A program made the translations under genes and the position numbers. The notes beneath the pieces are model-generated. The model was given only the letters and a program-made list of their open reading frames with translations, made no database searches and was not told where the DNA came from. From Klebsormidium nitens (taxonomy: Eukaryota; Plantae; Klebsormidiophyceae), in NCBI GenBank assembly GCA_000708835.1, contig DF236953.1, positions 358,990-422,989 on the forward strand: a stretch of DNA of 64,000 bases, written 5' to 3'. Positions 24,525 to 35,500 of the stretch are shown piece by piece. How positions within the stretch are numbered: the stretch's first letter is position 1; every line of letters starts with the position of its first letter.

Positions 24525-27500
24525 CTATGTTACAGCGACTCTTGTGTGTCTCAACGCCGCATTCAGGCCAACAAAATCTCGTTCGAGCAACTCGATCATC
24601 CTCTCTCCTTCTTCCCTCATCCCCAATCTTTTCTGCAGCAAACCCAATCTCCATTTCGGCTGCCAATCCTCTCTACTCGCCAGACCCACAGCCGCCCTGT
24701 AGTCCTCTAGCACGTCTTTATACTCGTTACTTTCCTTTAAACCAGCTCTACGCAGTTTGCCCTCCCTAATCAGGCCGCGCATTAGGCGCGGCTGCGGCAG
24801 CTGCGGAAACTGCGCGACCTTCCTCTCGACCTCGCGCGCGATGTGCGCGGGGGCGTCGAAGAAGACTGCGTGGGCATCGAGCAGCATCTGTAGTAGAACA
24901 ATCATATCAAGTGAGTTATACGCGGAGTAATACAAAGTGTTGCATAGTCGGAGCGGGCACTCGCCTTGAGGTGCCACGTGAGAATTAAGGACCTCAATGT
25001 TGACGTCAGATAGATCTGTTTTCCCGAAAGAGCGTTCTGCGGCCTGCTGCAGGGCTCTGCTTTGCGCTTCAAGCGCACCAACTATTTCTCCGACTACCAA
25101 GCGAAGAACTACGAGACCTAGATCACTGCATAGTCACAATTCCTGATCAGCAAATTTTGGTCAAAGGGTAGACTGCAGTCCACAATTACATACAATGGAC
25201 CTGTGAATTGGCGTTTCGACTATCCATCTAACAGCATCGTATAGATATGGGATACCCACGAATCCAAGAATCACAAGCCCTAGGAAAGTCTAGTCTCTTG
25301 ACATCCAATTGGAGCCCTATGAAGAGAGCTCCTTTTTCTTCAGACCCATTTCAAACCCACGTTCAAAACGGCGATTTTGAAATAACGGAGATATTGTTTT
25401 CCCGTTATGATTCTCTCTTGTAAGACCGATTGGACTCTCCGTGCTTAACCGTCCATTGTTAAGTTTCAGGTTACTTTCTTGCCCCAACTTTGAAACAGAT
25501 TGTAAGTGGCCCTGCTTACCTCGACGGTGTACAGCCCAGGAAAGCGTATGCGCATGCTGGCCACGCTGAACGCTTGGTACCACATGAGCTTCCGGTGCAT
25601 CGAACCGCGCCGCATACGCGCCAGGAACAAGTCCTCCTCGATGCGGTGCGGGGCCAAAGGAGTCGCCAGATTCGCGGCGATCCTGCAGATTGGTCGCCAC
25701 GTGGTCAAGTCTCTCATCACCTAAAACCCAAGAGTAAGCATTGAGATGTTTACGAAGCTCCGGAGGTTGCCCTTAGCTGATCTGGATTGGCAGAACCTCG
25801 TGCGAGCAGTAGATCACGCCTGATCACATCAGTGGGAGGAATCCGATGGGTGAGCATTATTAAGGACGACTTCGTTTCCCTTTGCTAGTAGAACTCAGAA
25901 CCTAACGAGCACCAACAAAATTTACTAGTGGCCTGACGTTCTGGCGCCGTTCTTAGTAGCGGGTAACAGCGAGAGCCGAATAGGAGCAGACGTTCAGCTG
26001 GTCATGAAGCCGGTGATTACGTCAGCCCGATAAGAGATTGCGAATTCAAGCCCCGCCCTTGCTTCTTGCATTACAGAACCGATCAAAGAGCTTCCGAACA
26101 TCCGAACTTCGCTTATTCTCATCAACTTAAACGACTCTCTCCCACATACACACGCAACAAAGCACGAGGGATTTCAATTCCGTAATCGACGACGCCGCAA
26201 AGAGCGAAGTACTTTCAATTTTCTTACCAAAACGCCCAGTCTTCGTAGCCCAGCAGAGTGCTCGTCGGATACCCCCCCGCTGCAGCCCAGAGCGACTTTT
26301 TGAACATTCCCGAGCAGTGGAACATATTGGTGTACGGTAGGTCTTCCGCGCTGAACGGGGGGATCCCCCAGACGTACTCCCAGTCGCCGAAGCCGCGGAA
26401 GTCGGCAATCACCAGGTTAACGGTGCGGTTTGCTTCGATGACTGAAAACGCCTTTTCGAGGAAGGTCTGCAAACAAGGGGATGAAAAGCCAGGATGAGCT
26501 TTATTCTCCTCTCCCCTTATAGAAGGTTCAGTGATTAGGGAATCATGGGTGCGGTGTGCATGGACGACCATGAAGCTTATGAAAAGGAAATTTCGATGAG
26601 GGGAGCTGTGGTTCAGGCTTGAAACTTCATGAGAATGTGGTGACAATCGGGCTCAGAGGCCAAGGATCCGTGTCGGAGAGTCACCTGCTGCGGCGACTCC
26701 GGAGCCCTCTTCTACAATGACTGAGAACGTGGGCTAGGTTGACTGATGATCGAGACTTCAAAGCTCCTTTAGATCTATAACCGGTCTGTGATATTTCTGC
26801 GAACCCGAGTCCTCGTCACCCAATTTGCATCGGCACTAGGAAGAGGAGCATCTTCCTCTCCAAGTTCAGTCCTTCTCACGCAGGTTAAGAACTTCCATCC
26901 GAATTGACGACCGCGAAACTCTCGTCTTCAAAAACTTTCACACCAGGATTTGACGAAGGTTCCCGCCTTAACAACCAGCGGTTAACAAGCGCCCCAGAGC
27001 CCAGACTATCACCTTTTCAATCATGTCATCCGCGTCCAGCGGCAAGATCCACTCCCCGGCTGCCACGTGGACGCCCGCGTTCCGCGCGTCGGCCAGTCCG
27101 CCGTTCGCTTTCGTCACCACCCGCACGCGGTGCGCGGGCGCGAGCCGTTGCTCTAGTTGGCTGATGACGTCAGCGGAGTCGTCGGTGCTGCCGTCGTTGA
27201 CCAGGATGATCTCCCAGTCCTGGAACGAATGGGAACGTCTGGTCGAATCAGCAATTGCCACGTATCAAAGTACTGTCCAAACGGATTTCAGTTTGTTCGG
27301 GTACCGTTTGGACGAATACATTGTGCTGTCGTTTCCAAACGGGGTGGTTTTCCAGCCACTGTTTATCTATCAGCTCCTACAACTGCGATTGTTCGTCCCA
27401 AGACTCCCATCCTCAGGCTTTCGTCAGTATAACGACGTCTGAAGAACTAGGTTCGACTGCATTACCATCGAAGTAGAGCTGCCTCCTCGAGCAGATATGG

Positions 27501-30500
27501 AAGGAAGTACTTTGCGTGACTTTGCGTATTGGCATGACTCCAGTCTGCTGCAGGTCGTAAACTAGCGGTTTGGCAGGCCCGTGTTGCAGCCCACTGACAA
27601 TTTGGACCACTAAGATTCAATGTCTTTCTTCAAAAGATAGAGCGCTCTCGGTAGTAGGGAAGTCCTTGTTTTTGCCAGTAGAAGAGAAGGCGCTCACCTC
27701 AAACGTTTGAGAGACGACGCTCTCCACGGCTTCCGGCAGGTCCTTCCCGGCATTGTAAACGGGGATGACGACGCTGACACGTGGGGATGACGTGGCGCCG
27801 CCTCTGTTTGCCGCGTGTTCACTTAGACTTAGCTTGCCAGGTAACGGCGTCTTTGCGGGTCTCATAAAGTGCAGCTGCGATGACAATCACGAGCGCTTAG
27901 GGTGACAATGTCGTTCGCAGTGCTCTCAGATAGACCATGAAAAGAAGGGTCTCCAAATCCAGACCCGATAAGGACAAAATAATTCTAAGAAACGCAACGG
28001 CCGTTTCATCAGGCTTGAAAGTCAGACAAAGATCGGTCAGCCTTTGAAAAGAGGTCGAATTCGCAAAACTCAAAAGCTGAAAAGGACAAAGGACATTATT
28101 GCCAGGTTTGCGATCCTGCGAAGACCTCAGGCAGGCAGGCAGAAGGCTGGAGCGCTACAGCAGGCGGGCGCTTTCGGTCATCTGGAAGCGCCCAAAAAGG
28201 AAGGTCATTTCGTGTGCAGAGGATAAAGCGAAGCGCTCGAAAACCGTTGAAGGCCAAATCTCAGAAGGAAAGAAGGGTCCCCGCTTTTAGGACCCCGAGA
28301 GTAACCCCTGTTCCTCAGCAGCTCAACCCCACCGGTCAACTTTTGAATGGAAAAAGGCGCACCTCTGTTCGGACGCCCCAGCAGCTGTCCCGATGCAGCG
28401 GCCGGGCGCCGCACTGCTCCTCACTTCCCAGCACGTCCACGTGGACCACCCTCGACCCGCCATCTGTCTCGCTGTCGGCATCAGCCACGTCAACATCATC
28501 CTCCAGCAAGACCTCGAGACAAGCAGGGACTGGGGCATTGTCGAAGTCTAAAACTTCAGCTGAAGTCACCAGATCGCGCTCGCTATGGGTTGCTGCCTCC
28601 GCCTGAGTGAAGTTGTCATCCGACTTGCACGTCGTCTCCTCGTGACACTCTTCGCTTCTGTCTCTCTTTGCTTCTCTGGTGAATCCCCCACTCTCTTGGC
28701 TTTCGAGCGGCTCCTTCCACACAATCTCCTTTTCGTCACTCTTCCCCTGCGCCAGCCGTTCGAATTCCTCGTTCGAGTATCTCTTCTCGCTGACGTGATC
28801 CTGACGTGCTCCAAGCTCAGCACTCCGTTCGCCCCCTCGTCTCACGACCTTTACGGAGCGTATGCGCCGCAGACCGAGCTCGTGCAGCTGGGTCAATACC
28901 CCGGGCGCTCCCTTGGAGTGCACGACGCAGGGCGTGACGATCGGGGCGTTTGACACCACTTGGACGGGCGCTCGGTGTTCCGCGCCCAATACTCCGTGAC
29001 TGCGAAACTGGGACTTGTCAAGAACGGCCCCGCTATCAAATTCGCTGAAGTCGTAGAGGGCGACTAGGGATTTGTTGTTCAGGTCTGGCGTGCTGAACAT
29101 GTTACGGCGGATCTCGTCGGGATTCTGTGCATAGTTCCAGATTCGCATCTGCAGGAGAGGGGGATCGAACATGCTCCTGAACAGTGTCGGGCTGGGAGTT
29201 TGTTTAGAAGTTGCAAGTGCTTTCTTCGTCAAAGGCAGCTTTTTGTCTTTCCCACTTTTGAAGAAGCGTGGTCGTTACATGCGCCTGATTTCAGGATACG
29301 GAAGGGAAGCTTTTGCTGACCAAGTAGCTTCCAGCTTATGACTCAGCACCTTTCCTCGCTCGGCTTCCTGTTGCTCCACCTTGACTTCTGACCATCCGGA
29401 ACGTCTAGAAGCGTTCAAGATCGGAGAATACTCATCCGGAACATCACAGCGGCACATCCCATTTCACAAGACGGCAGTACAATTCACACGTGGCACCACT
29501 TACCTCGCTGATGTCCCCATTGAATGGATCCCACTCCCCGCCGCCAATAAACACCGACCCCCGGTCATCTAGCTCAGCACCTTCAAGGGGCGCATTCACA
29601 CCCTCCTCCCCGTCCACAAACACCCTCACTGCGGCCCCGTCATACGTACCAACCAGATAGTGCCACCTGTCGCGATGCGTGATCCTGGCCGAGGCATAGT
29701 CCTTGTTCTGCAGGCCGATGCCAAAGTGTGCGACGCCGCTGCCGTCTGTGAAAAGGTTCCATCCGTTGGTAATCCAGTTGTGGCTTACGATGCGGTTCCA
29801 GTTGCGGTGTCGCCGGATCTTAACCCATGCGGCGACTGTAATTTGGTGCCGAGGGAGGCCCTGGAAGTCTTGTATGTGGACAAAATCGTCCTGCAAGTTG
29901 TGGCAGTGGACGCTTGTGGTCAGACTAGAATTACAGGGAGTTTCTGCTGCTGACCTTTGCTGTCAAAGTCTGACTTGAAGGATTCTCCAGACGCATCTGG
30001 TGCGTCTCTCATTCAGGGCCCATTGATTCGGCCAAGTTGGGAGCAGAGTGGACCAGACTCTGCGCTGTGAGACATCTCACATGGTGTTAACTCAGTGAAA
30101 TGCTTGTGCATCTGTATTCTGATGTGGTCAGAAGCAGGTTGACAGCTGAAGACATCAGTACCACACCAGTACCAGTACTGCTAATACTGCAACTCAAAGA
30201 CTTTGTCCTGTAGTCTCTGGAGCACCTTCTTCTCAGCTACTTTTGAGTTTGGCAAAGTCTGGGGCTGCGAAAGCAGCAAATGGTGGACCATCCAGAAAGT
30301 GGCGCCTGCGTGTCAGCTTAATAACATACTGCAAAAACTACGTGCAGATGGTCACCACTCTGAACAAGGACATTCTTGAACCAAGACGGTGTAAATGTCA
30401 TCTAAAGAGCAGAATTTAAGATTGGCGATGAATTGGTCTTTTCGATTTCAGGACCTCTTTCAGTAGGTTTCACAACTTTCAGATCTACCTTAATAAGATG

Positions 30501-31182
30501 TGCCGAAATGACAATGTTTTCTTTGGTGTGCCCGCAGCCTGCTCACATTCCAATTGTGAGCATCATCAGACTGCACCTGTCCTAGCTACGACAGTCACTG
30601 AAAGCGGCGGATCCAAAGTTGGTAGTGGAGTGTCACTTCCTACCACTACCAAAACTTGGGATAATGTAGACCAACAGTACGCTGATAAGTCTCGTCTCAA
30701 CATTTCGTGTTTGAACCACCACCCGGATGATACATGCCTTTCTCGTCAGAATATACAGGCATGTGCAAAGCTGCATTGTAGTGTGGTCGCAACAGAAGCT
30801 AAAAGCATGTGCTGGCTCATTTCGACTCAGCTGAGCTCACCTTCCCATCGAAGCACAGAGCTCTGTCGAGCTTCAGGACCCCATTCCCTTCTGCTCTTAG
30901 CTGCAGCTCTTTCTCTGCATCTGCAGCGTTGGCTGACCCAATGTGCTCCACCAATTGCGGACTTGACTTCCTGAGTGCAGTGACACCACCTGAGGGATCA
31001 TCAACCGCTGCTCCCTTTGGAAAGGGAATGAGCTCTGTCTTGCGGGATGTTGGTTGAGCTCCAATGCAAGAGGAGAGTGCGAAGAAAAGCAGAGCAACCG
31101 CTTGCCTAAACAAGACTTTTCTGGAAGCCATCAGAAGACATGAGCAGCGGCAGCTCTTCGCCCATGACTTAAGTTGCGACAT
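24525..31182 (-). CDS. Secreted/Golgi-type LamG (ConA-like) + GT2 glycosyltransferase + TPR-like protein, 8 exons
   Basis: Exon 1 has a hydrophobic leader and ends ALCFDGK, joined to DDFVHIQ at ~29890. LamG motifs ITVAAWVK, WHYLVGTYDG, VFVDG, FNGDISEMRIWN. GT2 motifs RVSVVIPVYN, WEIILVNDGSTD, NGGLADARNAG, ILPLDADD, GGYPT..GYEDWAFW. C-terminal TPR-like helices (EDYRAAVGL...WRLGLLQKRLG). Stop at 24525. Confidence 0.85.
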
Positions 31183-31886
31183 CAAGGGCAGGCAGCCCTG
31201 GGCTCATGCCACCACTCTCTGACGCTTCTGCCATCGTTCAGAGGAGCAGCTTGCGATCTTTGAGAACCTTTCAAGGAAACGCTCTCCTGCCCTGGGCAGC
31301 CCAGCATGGCGGGCCAGGCGGCCCCTCAATCCGCAAGCGGAGAGGCTTGCGCAGAAGTGAGCTTCCTCACTCACATTCATGGCTTTAAGTTAAACTTTAA
31401 GAGCCGGGGTCGGCCCTGGTCCTGTGCCTGGATGCAACCCACATGATCCATTTCTACCAAAAAGTTTCTGCGGAAGTTAAATGCCTCCGCTCTTCTAATC
31501 GAAACCCCCTCGGGGAGCGATGGTGACCGTCAGATGAGACCAGAAGCTTCCTCGGACGGTTCATTTGAAAAGTGAACCGTGCGCGCGCAAAATATATCTA
31601 GCTTTAGCAATGTTATACTGTCAAGTCAGCCTCCAAAATACCGTACGGGCCTGCACATGTACACTGTACAGTACTGCAGTTCTCTATCGTGTTGAGTCTC
31701 GAAGAGCAGCCTGACCACGCAAGAGATCAGATACAGTAACCTTCAAATGGTTCTTCCTGACACCGGCCGGCATTGCACATGCGTGAACCTGGCCCTGCTG
31801 ACATCAGAAGCAATGCTGTGGCTGAGCAACCAAATTAGATATGCAGGTTCATGGCTTCACCGCTACGGCCTTATTAAAGAAGTACG

Positions 31887-31908
31887 GTATGTATGTATGT
31901 ATGTATCA
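31887..31908. repeat. (GTAT)n microsatellite
   Basis: GGTATGTATGTATGTATGTATC. Confidence 0.7.
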
Positions 31909-32538
31909 CTGAGCCATGCGTTTCAACTTGGCGTGGACCTTTGCGTTCTCAAGTTATGAACAGGATCAGATTCCGTGCACTGGAATACCACCGCAATAAT
32001 GGACTCACAGTCCTTCTGGCATTGCACGTGCCATGACCAGGAGATGATGGAACGACTGAAAAAGTCGCCGCAAGTGGTTTCGTCTCTCGGATGTCCCTTT
32101 CTGTAGTCCTCTTGTCTTGATCCAGGAACCGCAAGTTGGCTGCAATGAAAAGAAATGAAAAGGGACAGGTTCAACCTTTAAGCGACATATATATATAAAG
32201 TGGAGGAAGAGAATAGTGTAACTAACAATATTGATGCCTCCATGGGTGCAGCATTGTACAATACATGTCCAATGCCAGCCATGCTGTGCAAGATGCCGCA
32301 TGCGCATCAAGGGCCGTGATGACAGCCGTTTAGGTTCTTGACTTAAGCCGGGCCTTAGGGGACTATAGATTATTTGATTATATTCAACTCACCGGAACAT
32401 ACGGAAAGAGCAGGATGCCAGATGCAGACCTCTTAGTGGCTAAGCAAGTCTAGGACAGCACAGAGCAACAAATTGCTGTGCTGGGGCAAGCATAGCCCGA
32501 TGGCAGAAGAATAAGACCTTGACTTCTGATCATAAGCG

Positions 32539-35500
32539 ATGGAGGAGCCCTCAGGGACGCCCCCGGACCCGGGGGAATCCAAAGAGGCGCTCACGGAGCT
32601 GGTGGATGCCACGGTGCAGTTTACGCATCAGTTGATGAAAAAGGGAGTCAGCCAAGCAACCCTCCAGGTGGCGGTCAGGTGAGACACTTCGCAATCCAGT
32701 AGGAGAGGTGCTTGCAGCATGCTCCAAGAAGCAGGAAGAAGCTTTCAGGATGAGATGAGCTGAAAGGTTGCTGCTTGCTGATTCAGCGAGTCAAAGAAAA
32801 TTGGCGAGGTGGCAAGGGAGTAGCCTCTTTTCGAATACTCAAGCAGCAGTTTACTGCTTTGTTCATCTCGTGTTCGGTGGAATCAGCTGAGGTGGAGCGG
32901 GTAAAAGGAGGAAGCCCCTCAAAGCCACTCGTCAGAATTGTCGTACAAACCCCGTTCTAGTTCGTAAATTGAGGATCTATCAGTATACCACATGTTCAAA
33001 CAGCGTGTGGTCTTGGCGTAGCTCCGACCCTTCTTGTGAGGCGTTCCTATATCTATCGAAAGGAAGCTAGTCTACAAGAGCTTGGTTGGTTGAAGAGTAT
33101 CTGTCAGCACGAGCAAACGGCAAGTAGGGCACATGAAAGCTGCATCCAAGTCCGCGGGCACTATTCTCGCCAGCACGCCACCTGTGGGGGTTTCCAAGGG
33201 AGGTGCGAGAACGTCTGGGATAGCGTCTTTGAAATTCCAATCCACGAAATCCGCAACCTTAATATTCTTATCCAGTTTGTCATCAAGCATCCGTTGATTT
33301 TGCCAGGTGTCGTCCCTTGAATGATTTTGAGAAGAGCCGCGGCTACGTGTCCATCACAAGACTGGTCGACGACAAGGTGGTCATCGTACTGGACCCCGAG
33401 CACCTGAAAGAGCAGCGGGGTGAGGGCCGCCAGGACATGTCGTGCAAGACAGCGTTGCATCTGCATGAGGTTTTTAGCTACTGATCTGGCCTTCCAAAGC
33501 AATGGTGTCAACAGCTGGTCATAGCCTGTTCAGGCAACGATTGGTAAGATCAACTGTCCGTCTAATTCCTAATGCTGCGGTGGCAGTCGTCTAAATGTGT
33601 CGACCATCCTCTTGCGCAGCTTATGGTTGCGCCTCTAGGCCACAGACCGCATTTCAAAGGGGTCTCAAAATCCAGAGGAAGTTTCGGTTCGATATCGTGT
33701 AACCGGCCATCTATCAACTTCGTTCTGAGTTCAGATGAACAGCCCTTTCTTCACACAACGACTTGGGAAGCTAGGTTTGGCAGGAACGGACAGTGTTGCG
33801 GGCCTCTACATTAGATGTACTTCGACGGCAAAGGAGCTTGGAGCTTGGAGCTTGGAAACAAGCGAGCCGCTCCAACAGAGTCTGCTAGACTTCTCCGTTA
33901 GTCACACAGAGAAGGAGGGTCTGTCCGTAACGTTTTGAACCCTGCTCAAACCCGCAGAGACCAACTTGGACGTCCTCAAGAGGAGCAAGGAGAAGCAGTA
34001 CGTGTTTGACCGAGCTCTGGGCGAGAATGCCACCAACGCGGTAAGGACCTCTCCTGACGAATCAGAATTCCTCGCCAATCTTATGATTGTTGTTTGCTGG
34101 ACAAAGGCCAAATCTGATGTAGTGTGCATCAAAGCAGCGCTTGGAGCGCTCTGCGGCATCCGTTTCGGATGGCTGCCTCATCGAGTCAGAGACGTACATT
34201 TCAATGGACAGAGTGTCTCAAACTTGACTAGATCCCTCTGATCCAAACCTCTACTCCAACAGAGTGTTTCAAAGTTGACCTGATCCTGCAACTCAGAACC
34301 TTGATGCGGGATCAAAAAGCCTGTACTTCGTCGCACTCTACGTTCCTCGTTTCTTTTGAATGCACCCCCATGCACGATAGATGGAAACATACTACTCAAG
34401 TATGCAAGCAGTTCTTGCCGAGCAAAAGTCCTTCTTCTTTAGATGCTGTACAACGTCACTGTTGCCCCGCTGGTCCACGGCGTGTTACGCGGCCTCAACG
34501 CGACGGTGTTCGCCTACGGCGCCACGGGCAGCGGGAAAACGCACACCATGGTTGGGGACGACCAAGACCCGGGGCTCATGGTTCTCAGCCTGCGGGACAT
34601 CTTCGAACACATCAGCCGGGAGCAGGAAAAGCAGGTACACCTGAGCTTGGGTTTGAGGGTTTGGGCAGGTTTACCGAGTCTCGTTCACGAGTGACTTGTC
34701 TTTGCGTGACTCGAACGACAAGGATCTGGGTTTTGTCTGAGCTTCAGACGTTTTCGAGCTCAGACAGTCTACTTGGGAAGCAGGTCGCCAGGATCTGCTG
34801 AGTCGAGCCGCGAGATCTCGTGCGCTCTGTGGAGAAACTTCGAAGGATACCGGGCTGCCCCCAGATCAAGAGCGTGGCAAGTACGTAGAATTCAGGGAAA
34901 AGGAAAAGGGCGGAGAGTGAAAGATGGGAGGGAGTTTGCCGGTATTGGCCTGTATCAGTTGTTTGGAGCAGAGCGGACTTCATTCCGTGCAGACCAAGCG
35001 GTTGGTAAGCGGATGCAGCATCAGACTTCTGACCAGCTTCTATGGAACAAGCAGCTCTTACTCAGGACGTCTGAACAATTCAACCCAAAAACTGCACAAA
35101 GCGCCTTTGTCCTTTCCGCAGTTCATCGTGGAGTGTTCGTACATGGAGGTGTACAACGAGTTGCTGTACGATTTATTGGAGAACAGTGAAAAGCCGCTGG
35201 AGCTGCGAGAAGACCCCAAACAAGGGGCGGTCGTCGTCGGCCTCAAACGGATCCTCGTGAGTTGATTGGGTGTTTTAAAAGTTTCTTGGTGTTTCTGGGC
35301 AGATTTGCAGGGGCGATACTGAAGATCGCCCATCGGATGTTTCGTTATCAAGCTTTGAATTCAGACAACCGAGCATGATTGTCGTAGCTGGGCCCCGGTG
35401 AACCCTCTTGGATTTGCGCGTCATTCTAGCGTTTTTATCGGAGGAAGGCATCTTAGAGTCAACACAAGCATGTGCGATTCAAAAGCCTTCGAACTGCCAT

